From a candidate division WOR-3 bacterium (GTDB taxonomy: Bacteria; Hydrothermota; Tepidihabitantia; B3-TA06), in contig CBFGKC010000006.1 in NCBI GenBank assembly GCA_965649265.1, forward strand, positions 64,001-128,000: DNA of 64,000 bases, in the 5' to 3' direction. Of this stretch, positions 50,065 through 58,411 are shown in pieces (the stretch's first letter is position 1; the number at the start of each line of letters is the position of its first letter). Under the pieces are notes generated by a model, which worked only from the letters and a program-made list of their open reading frames with translations, was not told the DNA's origin and ran no database searches. The position numbers and the translations under genes were made by a program.

Positions 50065-50183
50065 ACCGTATAAGTTTATTTTTCAAGTCAGCTGTGTAAT
50101 TCTCGGGCCGGTCTACGCGAAGCGGATGCCACAGGTGTCAACATAGGCCCCTACAATTTATTCGATTCTACTGGGGGGTAGCC

Positions 50184-50434
50184 TAAGGAGCATTCCCTTC
50201 GGGAATAGATTCTCACGTCGCAGGCTTTAACTGAAAGCCTGCTCCTCAGAATGACATATTTAACTTGGGCCAAGTCATCCTGAGGACGCGTAGCGTCCGT
50301 GAGGATCTCACTAAATGAAAGCGGATGTTCATTTACTCGTGCCCTCAAACAGGCGATTGCTTCAATTGCTCGATGCTAGCTCGCCAAAGATTTTTTCCCT
50401 CCTTTTTTTTCCCTCCCCGCAGTGGGGGAGGGGG
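50184..50434. repeat. Cluster of REP-like palindromic elements
   Basis: TAAGGAGC-hairpin..CTCCTCAGAATGACA, GTCATCCTGAGG..GGATCTC, CCCTCCCC..GGGGAGGGG. Confidence 0.7.
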
Positions 50435-51889
50435 CTACCTCAACGCGATAATCTTCCTCGTGACCTGCTTTCCGTTCGCGCGGAGGGTGCAGAAGTAGAC
50501 ACCACTACCCTCAGCGCCCCCCTCCCTCAACGCGATGCGGTGGGAGCCTTTGCCCATCCACCCTTGCGCGAGCGTGGCCACCCTGCGGCCCGCCGGGTCG
50601 TAGAGCGCGAGCTCAACCTCAGCCGCTTCGGGAAGGTAGAAGCTTAAGACCGGCCTGGCAAAGCCGCTTTGCTCCACATCGAAAAGTAATCCCAGGTGCT
50701 TGCGTTCCTCACCCACACCCGGGACGGGCTTGACCGGGATGCGGCCGCGCAGGTAGAGTATCTCGCTGTTGCCGGGCGCAAGGTCGTGGTAAATCAAATT
50801 GACGAACGAATCCGTCAGCGCCACGAACGGGCTGTAAGAAGCGGTCAAGGTCTGCGAGAGATTCGTGTCCGCGTTCCACGTCGCGCCGAGGTCGTGTGAC
50901 TCCGCGAAGTAGATTTCGAAATTGCCGTCGCGAGTGTCGTGCCACGAGACGTAGATGCTTGAGTCTCTCGCCGCAAGCGACGGGTTCATGGAGTACCCGG
51001 CCGCGTTCGAAACGCGCGATGGGCTCGACCAGGTCTCGCCGCGGTCCAGTGAATACTCGGTGAATATCTCGAAGTTATAGTCAAACCGCCTGTCCATCCA
51101 CGCGAGATAGATCACCGAATCCTGGACCTCTATCGTCGGCATCCACGAGCTTGCCGGGTCGTCCGTGAGGCGTGTATCCTCGCTCCAGGTCATGCCCGCA
51201 TCCGCCGAGCGCTTGAAATAAATCTCCCTCGAGCCCGAGCGCGCGTCCGACCAGACCACGTAGACGTTGGAATCCTTTACCGCCACGCAGGGGAAGCATG
51301 AATCCGAAGGAATCTGTACGAGCCGCACATCCGCGTCCCAGGTCTGACCGGCATCCACCGATCGCTTGTAGTAAACCTCGTCCGTGGCGTTGCGGTTGTC
51401 CTCCCACACGACGTGGACGAAGGTGCCCGAAGCCGCCATCGAGCCGAAGCGCGAGCGCGCGGGGTCCGTCGTAAGGCGGACCTCATCATCCCATGTCTGG
51501 CCGTCGTCCGAAGACCGGCGGAAGTACATCTCCAGGTTGCCGTCGCGCCAGTCCTGCCACAGGACGTACACGAGGGAATCCTCGACCGCGATTGAAGGAT
51601 ATGCCGACCCGCTTGGCGTGAGGCTGACCTTCATTGCGTCGTTCCAGGTCACACCCTTATCGGCGGACCTGATGTAGTAGAGGTTGTTCGGGGCCTCGGC
51701 CTCACCCCAGATGACGTGAACGGTTGCGTCCCATACCGCCATGCAGCGGGAGTTGTTGTATCCCAGGTACGACCATGTCGGTGTCTCGGAGAGCTGTTGT
51801 AACGGTTCCCAAAGAACCTCCGCGTCGAGTGTTCCGGTTCCTGAGATCGCGATAAGCAGCGAAATCATGACTGAAAAGAAAGTCTTCAT
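50435..51889 (-). CDS. Secreted BNR/Asp-box (sialidase-like) repeat protein with T9SS-type C-terminal domain
   Basis: Repeated YxxSxDxGxTW; C-terminal LYDPAGRRV...GVYF...RKIIALR. Confidence 0.85.
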   Translation of the reverse strand: MKTFFSVMISLLIAISGTGTLDAEVLWEPLQQLSETPTWSYLGYNNSRCMAVWDATVHVIWGEAEAPNNLYYIRSADKGVTWNDAMKVSLTPSGSAYPSIAVEDSLVYVLWQDWRDGNLEMYFRRSSDDGQTWDDEVRLTTDPARSRFGSMAASGTFVHVVWEDNRNATDEVYYKRSVDAGQTWDADVRLVQIPSDSCFPCVAVKDSNVYVVWSDARSGSREIYFKRSADAGMTWSEDTRLTDDPASSWMPTIEVQDSVIYLAWMDRRFDYNFEIFTEYSLDRGETWSSPSRVSNAAGYSMNPSLAARDSSIYVSWHDTRDGNFEIYFAESHDLGATWNADTNLSQTLTASYSPFVALTDSFVNLIYHDLAPGNSEILYLRGRIPVKPVPGVGEERKHLGLLFDVEQSGFARPVLSFYLPEAAEVELALYDPAGRRVATLAQGWMGKGSHRIALREGGAEGSGVYFCTLRANGKQVTRKIIALR

Positions 51890-51951
51890 CCATTCCTCCT
51901 GAATGTTATTTTAAATCGAATCTGTAGAGAGACCACGGCCGTTGAAGCCAG

Positions 51952-53391
51952 TCAGCGTAAAACAATCAACTTGCGCGAAAGAATCCTGTCTCCGGATTCA
52001 AGAATGCACAAGTAGACGCCTTCCGGAGCCATGCTTCCGGTGATGTCGGTTCCGTCCCACGAGACCGTATGGCTGCCTTCGGGCACTCGCTCGCACAAGA
52101 GCGTCTTCACGAGTCTTCCGGAAGCGTCAAGCAGCTTCAACCGCACGCTGCCTGCCGCCGGTATGTCAAAGTACACCAGCGCCACGCCTGAATTTATGAG
52201 CGATATCTTTAACGCCGGTCCATCTGCGTGGGGTTTCTCGCTTGTCCCCGGTTCAGGCTTATGGGGGATTAGCGCTTTTTTGTAGTATATCTCGTGGTTG
52301 CCGCTTTCGTTGTCCTGCAGGATCATATGCAGGACAGAATCCGAGAGTGCAAGAAAAGGGCTGTAAGAAGTAGCGGTGTTATTGCTGAGATTGGTATCGG
52401 CGCTCCAGGTCGCGCCGAGGTCGGTCGAGTACTTGAAATAAATTTCGGCGTTGCCGTCGCGGAAATCGTACCAGGCGAGGTAGACGGCCGAATCGGACGT
52501 TACCATATACGGGGTGCGGGAGTGACCGGCGGCATCCGTGAGTCTTTGGTCAGGGCTCCAGGTTGTACCCGCATCCAGCGAATGCTTGTAGTATATCTCG
52601 TGGTTGTTCCACGGGTCGTTGCGGTCGTCAGTCCATGCAACGTGAATGTTTGAGCCGTTGACCGCAATGGCAGGATGCTCCGAGTTCTTGGGATCGTCCT
52701 CGATGCTTGCATTTTTATCCCAGCTTTGGCCTTTGTTTCCGGAATGCTTGTAGTAAATCTGTGTGCCTTCTACCCATACGATATAGACGTCTGAACCCTG
52801 TGATCGAACGGCGGGGAACGAAGAGCGGAGAACGGTTCCTGAAAGATTCGTGTCCGCACTCCACGTGGTTCCGTTATCGGTCGAACGCTTGTAATATACC
52901 TCCATGTTGCCGTCGCGGAAGTCCTGCCAGACAAGATGGAGCACCGAATCCGAAACCGCTATCGATGGATACAGCGAGGAGTCGGCGTCGAATGTCAGCC
53001 GCTGCTCTTCCGTCCAGGTGCTTCCGGAGTCCTCGGAGCGCGTGTAGTATATCTCGTTCCACGCGTTCTGCCATACCACGTGAACGAGCGCTCCCTCTGT
53101 CGCGATTGCAGGGTAGTCGGCGGCGCCCGGCGCGTGAGAGAGCACCGTATCCCCGAGCCACGTTTGGCCTTCGTCGAGCGAGCGGGCGTAGCGGATGTTA
53201 TATGGACCGTACGCCTCGCCCCACACCGCGTGAAGGACCTTGCCCGAACGGACGAGCGACTGCGTGTTGTTGTAGCTGAGGTATGACCATGAGGGCGTGT
53301 TCGATATCTTTTGGCCGGGCTGCCACTGCGGCTGCGCCGCGAGCGTTGCCGCGAACACTAAAGCGATGACTGCTGAAAGAAGGTATTTCAT
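51952..53391 (-). CDS. Secreted BNR/Asp-box repeat protein with FlgD-Ig/T9SS-type C-terminal domain (paralog)
   Basis: Signal peptide MKYLLSAV; SxDxGxTW repeats; WDGTD...GVYL...RKLIVLR. Confidence 0.85.
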   Translation of the reverse strand: MKYLLSAVIALVFAATLAAQPQWQPGQKISNTPSWSYLSYNNTQSLVRSGKVLHAVWGEAYGPYNIRYARSLDEGQTWLGDTVLSHAPGAADYPAIATEGALVHVVWQNAWNEIYYTRSEDSGSTWTEEQRLTFDADSSLYPSIAVSDSVLHLVWQDFRDGNMEVYYKRSTDNGTTWSADTNLSGTVLRSSFPAVRSQGSDVYIVWVEGTQIYYKHSGNKGQSWDKNASIEDDPKNSEHPAIAVNGSNIHVAWTDDRNDPWNNHEIYYKHSLDAGTTWSPDQRLTDAAGHSRTPYMVTSDSAVYLAWYDFRDGNAEIYFKYSTDLGATWSADTNLSNNTATSYSPFLALSDSVLHMILQDNESGNHEIYYKKALIPHKPEPGTSEKPHADGPALKISLINSGVALVYFDIPAAGSVRLKLLDASGRLVKTLLCERVPEGSHTVSWDGTDITGSMAPEGVYLCILESGDRILSRKLIVLR

Positions 53392-53631
53392 CCGGACCTC
53401 CAGTTTTTTTCTCCGCCGTCCGGCGAAGTCCACAAAGATTGAGATAAGGATAATGTATGTCGAAAAGGCTCATTGTCAAGAGGGGGGAGGGGGCAGTGCC
53501 TGGAAGTTTGTTGCATCCGGTATTGACAACGCTTGGTCTCGGCCTATATTAAAGATGTAAACTTTGACTCCCCACGGGGTCCCCACGCAGACGCGAAGTG
53601 GATGCGCAGGGTATAACATTCGGAGGTGAAC

Positions 53632-55314
53632 GTGAAACGGTTAGTGCTTTTAATAGTAATCCCAATGATAATCTTTGCAGGGGATGGATGGGTGAGGACA
53701 TATGGTGGAGGTGGAGGATGTTGTGTACAATTGACTGATGATGGTGGCTATATTATTGTTGGGGTAAATAGTGAGCATCTCTCGATTCTTAAAACTGATG
53801 GAAACGGTGATACATTGTGGACGAGTTTTTTTCCTGAAGGAATTTGGAGTATCGGGAAGAGCATTACAGAAACAAGTGATGGATGTTATATTGTAACTGG
53901 GTTATTACATGGTTCGGGGATAAATGAAGTCGGTCTTTGGTTAATTAAGGTGGATTCCGTAGGCAAAACATTGTGGTCATATGTCTACGGAAGTGAGGAA
54001 GGAGCTGACGGTGAGTGTGTACAAAAAACAAACGATGGAAACTATATAATTACTGGTATTGTTAAAGGTGATCTTTGGTTGCTTAAAGCCAACCCTCAAG
54101 GTGATACCATTTGGACGAAAAGATATGGCAGAGAGGGTTACGAGGATATCGGTTTATTCCTCGAACAAACAAAGGACGGTGGTTTCGTAATTACAGGCTA
54201 TAAAGATTATTCTGTTGCTCTGGGAAGCGAACCTAATTTGTGGTTATTAAGGACTAATTCTCAAGGTGATACCCTGTGGACAAAAAACTATGGTGGTTTG
54301 GGTATTTGTAAAGGGACCTGTGTTCGTCAAACCGAAGATGAGGGGTTCATAGTTACTGGTATAAACCGTTCACTCAATGACCTATGGTTAATCAAAACCA
54401 ATAACGCAGGAAACATTGTTTGGTCTAAGATATATGACTGCGGTGTTAACTGGGATGCATCACCTTGTATTCAGAAAACTATTGACGGGGGGTATATTTT
54501 AATAACTATGACTCTTGCTTTTGGTGCAGGTTCCGTAGATTTCTGGTTAGCTAGAACGAATATTGACGGCGACACTTTATGGACACGAACCTATGGAGGA
54601 ACCGGTATAGATTGGCCGTATTATGTACAACAAACAAATGACGAAGGGTACATTCTCGTAGGTTCGGGGATGGGAGGGCTTATTGTGATTAAGACAGATT
54701 CTTTAGGAGATATCGCGGTGGCTGTTTCTCCCACCGATATCGGTCGACCAGACAACGGTGGCGATTATTACGGGGTTAGACCAGGTGCATATTTTACAAA
54801 TTGGGGAACATTTGAAGAAGCAAAAGGCTTCTATTGTCATTGTGAAATTGCAGATATCAATGATTCAACTTTATTCTACCATGACAGCGTTTTAATCGCT
54901 GCTCCCATTAAACCTTGGGAAACAAGATACGTATCATTTGTTCAGTGGATTGCACCTGCGATATCCAGTTTCACGGCAACATTCTATACAACAAAAGCCA
55001 ATAATCCACAGAGAAAGTCAGTTTCCTTTCGTTGGAGCGGTATCGCTGAACCCGTAACACCCGTAAGGTACCAGGCTTCTCCAGAAATGGAGATATCCTC
55101 ATCAATCGGTTCGACCATCACCCTTCGCTACTCGAACTGCGCCGACGGTTTCCGGGCGTCCGTCTACGACGCGTCTGGAAGAGAAATTGACGAGATAGAA
55201 TCGTCCTCAACCTCAGGCACACTAGAATGGGGGGAGTGTTACGGGCCTGGAATGTACTTTATACTTGCCGAGGGCTCGAATAGAAGCCCGACAAAGGTCG
55301 TGCTGGTCAGGTAG
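53632..55314 (+). CDS. Secreted beta-propeller protein with short T9SS-like C-terminal domain
   Basis: Repeats TxDGGYIxxG...WLIKTxxxGDTLWxxxYG; C-terminal VYDASGR...GMYFI...KVVLVR. Confidence 0.85.
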   Translation: MKRLVLLIVIPMIIFAGDGWVRTYGGGGGCCVQLTDDGGYIIVGVNSEHLSILKTDGNGDTLWTSFFPEGIWSIGKSITETSDGCYIVTGLLHGSGINEVGLWLIKVDSVGKTLWSYVYGSEEGADGECVQKTNDGNYIITGIVKGDLWLLKANPQGDTIWTKRYGREGYEDIGLFLEQTKDGGFVITGYKDYSVALGSEPNLWLLRTNSQGDTLWTKNYGGLGICKGTCVRQTEDEGFIVTGINRSLNDLWLIKTNNAGNIVWSKIYDCGVNWDASPCIQKTIDGGYILITMTLAFGAGSVDFWLARTNIDGDTLWTRTYGGTGIDWPYYVQQTNDEGYILVGSGMGGLIVIKTDSLGDIAVAVSPTDIGRPDNGGDYYGVRPGAYFTNWGTFEEAKGFYCHCEIADINDSTLFYHDSVLIAAPIKPWETRYVSFVQWIAPAISSFTATFYTTKANNPQRKSVSFRWSGIAEPVTPVRYQASPEMEISSSIGSTITLRYSNCADGFRASVYDASGREIDEIESSSTSGTLEWGECYGPGMYFILAEGSNRSPTKVVLVR

Positions 55315-55484
55315 AACCGGATGTTCGCTCGCATTGAGTGGGGGAGAGGGCTTTTGTGAAGGCGAAGAAGGTGGTTCTAGTCAGTTAAACTTCACCGCCC
55401 CCTCCCCCTCCGGATACCGGTGGAATTTTTTGTGCCCGGGACGAATGAGGCGATTGCCTCGGCCCATGCGCCTCCCAGTCGCTG

Positions 55485-55691
55485 TTTGTCCCACTTCTGA
55501 CCCACACTTTGACCGACTGCCGTAAGGGGCGGCTGACCCTCCTTCGGAGTGTTTGAAGTTTGCCTCGATTTCATTTTTCAGTAGGCATACTTCCCCGCAA
55601 TAATCGAAATTTCGCCCTGAATATGCCATGAAAAAAACCCAAAATTGGCCATTTTGTCCATCTTTTGTCCCACTTTTGTCCAGCTTTTTTT
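55485..55691 (+). repeat. TTTTGTCCCAC-type 11-bp repeat cluster (copy 2)
   Basis: ttttgtccatc-ttttgtcccac-ttttgtccagc-ttttttt plus an upstream cluster. Confidence 0.75.
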
Positions 55692-55859
55692 ACCCCAAAA
55701 TAGTCGCATTTTCCTCAAGAACGGACTACAATTTTGTGGGGATTCCCGTTTTTTCACCCCGGACGTCCACTTCGCCTCGCTCGTATCAAGCGGACTCCCC
55801 GTTTACCCAGTTATAAAATGAGATTCCACAAGATTAAGCCTGACTTGTGCTTATGAACG

Positions 55860-58127
55860 TTATCTCAAAATCACGAGCTTGGTTTTGTAGCGGAACGAGC
55901 TGCCTTTTGCTTCAACGAAATACACGCCGCCGGGCATAGGACGGTTGAGGTTGTCCTTCGTGTCCCAGGTGTAACTTACGTTATTCGAATAGATTACGGA
56001 AAGAGGAACCTGTCTTACCACTTGTCCTGCGATGTTGTAAATCGTCAGATTGACCGTTTGTCCCGGATCGGCTGAAAACAAAATCTCGGTTTGATTATTG
56101 GTAATATTCGGAATACATTCGAGCCCGTCGATTGTCGAGGTCACACCTGTTTTAAGTATCGGTACTGTAACGACATGCGAATCGTTGTTCGAATGAGGCA
56201 GAATGATAAAAATACGTTTTCCCCTGATCTCATAACTTTGCAGTTTAACCCCGTCCATCCATAAGTTACCATTAATTTTGTACTTGTCTGGATCGAATTC
56301 GATGACCAGGGTTTCGTCCCTGCTGAGTTTCCCGTTAAAGGAAAAGACCAGACCTATATATTTTGAATATGAGTAACTTATGTTGTGTATGTCCCGAAGC
56401 TCATCCATGAAATCGCCGTATTCGTCAGGAAACAGGTAATCGAGATGGGGAAAATCGGTTTCCATAGCGGTGAAAACCTTATTGATTTTATCGTATGCCG
56501 TATCAGAACCACCATCGAACCATGCCCATGGATGTCCAGCAGTCAGCACATATTTTCCTTTCTGCAATAATATCTTGACGGAATCATAATTATCTGGTGT
56601 ATCGCCCGACCACGTTGAGGAAAGGAGCCATAGTCGATTACTAGGTGAATAAACGGGGCACACAAAAGTATTCACTTTGGATTTCGCTCTTACGAAGGAA
56701 TAATCACTGACTTTAAAACCGTGGCGGAGCAGTGAAGAAGTAAGGGAAGCGCACGTTTTGAATCCGGGGGGACGAATGAAACGCAAGGATTTGTTCGTCA
56801 GACCTAAGGAGTCGTACATCTTTTCGATTCTTACGAAAGTGGATTCAGCACCTATCGAATCGTTGTGCTCAAACTCCCAGCCTGGCCCCAGAGAATCCGG
56901 CGTCGGATAGTCAGGCTCGCTGTCACTTGGGGTGTGGTGCAGACCGTGGCTGCCCAAACGCGCCTGGTCTTCGTAGCCGTAAATCAAGTTTGCGTTTTCT
57001 ATGTTGCGCAGCCAGGCCCTGTATTCTTCAGTTGAATGGTAGAGGACATTCCTGTACTTACCGTTTACTCGCCACCACCGGGTTTCTTCAGGGTTTTCTA
57101 CCCAGGAGCTGTCCCTGACATAATTAAGCAAGATCAGCCATCCCTGTTTCATGCGAGGATGATCTTCCAACAATCTTACCATGCAATGACTTATTGGAGT
57201 TGTCGTATCCTGTCCGGATTTAGGCACGAACCATGTGGGCGGCGATCCTGGTTTTTTAGGAACCTCAAAGGGGATGTTGTCAAACATCATCATTACGATT
57301 TGCTCGTTCCCGTTGGGGAACGGGGAGAAGTATGCGAGAGGGCATTCGAGTGCTGTTTGAATTTCTTCTGAGGCGTTGCCTAAGACAAGTTCATAACTGC
57401 ATTCGAGAACATCACCAGGGCCAAGAATGGAGTAAGATGCCGGGCCGGTCCATGAATTTATTTTTCTCAACAACTCACTTTTTAGAGTCCATTCCTTTGA
57501 GTGTGAAATGTGGTTAAGATTCCACAATCCCCAATAAGGGTTTCTTGAGATTACCCATAACGTGGAGTAAAGATTTCGGAATTCTAGTATAGGGAAAACA
57601 CTCAAGGGAGATTTTTTTAAAGTATCAGTGTCGGAAAAAGAGTAGACTTCGCCTGTATGATTATAAGTCTTGAAAGATTCGAAAGTCGGTATCTTCGATG
57701 TGAGATCAAGCCCTTCGGGAAATTTTACCGTGTCGAGTGCCTCGAAGCGGTATTTCAAGAACAGATGATTTTCCACAAGCGTCATTTCAATTTCTGTGGA
57801 GAGGTTAAGCGGGGTAGCACTCGAATTGGTGAATTGCGGAGAAAATATTTTAATCTTATTTGTGTCCAGTATTACGACTTCTCCCGATGAAGGAAAGTAG
57901 TCGCCCGCCCTGAGGGCAAAAAAATCATTTGTTCCGTCAACGATCTTTTTTTCTCCGGCGGTAAGATTCAGGATAGAACCGACAGGGGTTTTCAATTTCG
58001 TAACACTCGTAGTGACTTCAAATGAAGATGATCTTATTGACCATGTGCCGTCGAGATTATTGATTACTGTTGCGAAACCAAATCCACGGATCAATAAAAA
58101 CGAAATTAAAACAAGAAAACGTTTCAT
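55860..58127 (-). CDS. Secreted protein with polysaccharide-deacetylase-like domain and FlgD-Ig/T9SS C-terminal domain
   Basis: Signal peptide MKRFLVL; GSHGLHH, FIRPPG, AGHPW; IYNIAGQVV...WDTKD...GVYF...KLVILR. Confidence 0.7.
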   Translation of the reverse strand: MKRFLVLISFLLIRGFGFATVINNLDGTWSIRSSSFEVTTSVTKLKTPVGSILNLTAGEKKIVDGTNDFFALRAGDYFPSSGEVVILDTNKIKIFSPQFTNSSATPLNLSTEIEMTLVENHLFLKYRFEALDTVKFPEGLDLTSKIPTFESFKTYNHTGEVYSFSDTDTLKKSPLSVFPILEFRNLYSTLWVISRNPYWGLWNLNHISHSKEWTLKSELLRKINSWTGPASYSILGPGDVLECSYELVLGNASEEIQTALECPLAYFSPFPNGNEQIVMMMFDNIPFEVPKKPGSPPTWFVPKSGQDTTTPISHCMVRLLEDHPRMKQGWLILLNYVRDSSWVENPEETRWWRVNGKYRNVLYHSTEEYRAWLRNIENANLIYGYEDQARLGSHGLHHTPSDSEPDYPTPDSLGPGWEFEHNDSIGAESTFVRIEKMYDSLGLTNKSLRFIRPPGFKTCASLTSSLLRHGFKVSDYSFVRAKSKVNTFVCPVYSPSNRLWLLSSTWSGDTPDNYDSVKILLQKGKYVLTAGHPWAWFDGGSDTAYDKINKVFTAMETDFPHLDYLFPDEYGDFMDELRDIHNISYSYSKYIGLVFSFNGKLSRDETLVIEFDPDKYKINGNLWMDGVKLQSYEIRGKRIFIILPHSNNDSHVVTVPILKTGVTSTIDGLECIPNITNNQTEILFSADPGQTVNLTIYNIAGQVVRQVPLSVIYSNNVSYTWDTKDNLNRPMPGGVYFVEAKGSSFRYKTKLVILR

Positions 58128-58411
58128 AGACTGTGTTAAAGGGCTTTGTTCAGCCAGGCAAGGAAAATTCCCGCCCTTCATGATTTTTAAAAGTAACCCG
58201 CACGGTTGATGGTATAAATATCACCACTACTACCTCTGAACAATACCCTTACCTCCTTTCATAAACAAATTATAATATGAGGTGCGTGTTTGTCAAGGAC
58301 TTATCGGAAAGAAGCATTTGTACTTTATATAGATAAGTTTGTTGTCCTTCATTCATGTCTTTTGTATTTTCTCTTGAAGCGGCACATATGATTTTTTTTG
58401 CAATGTACGAA

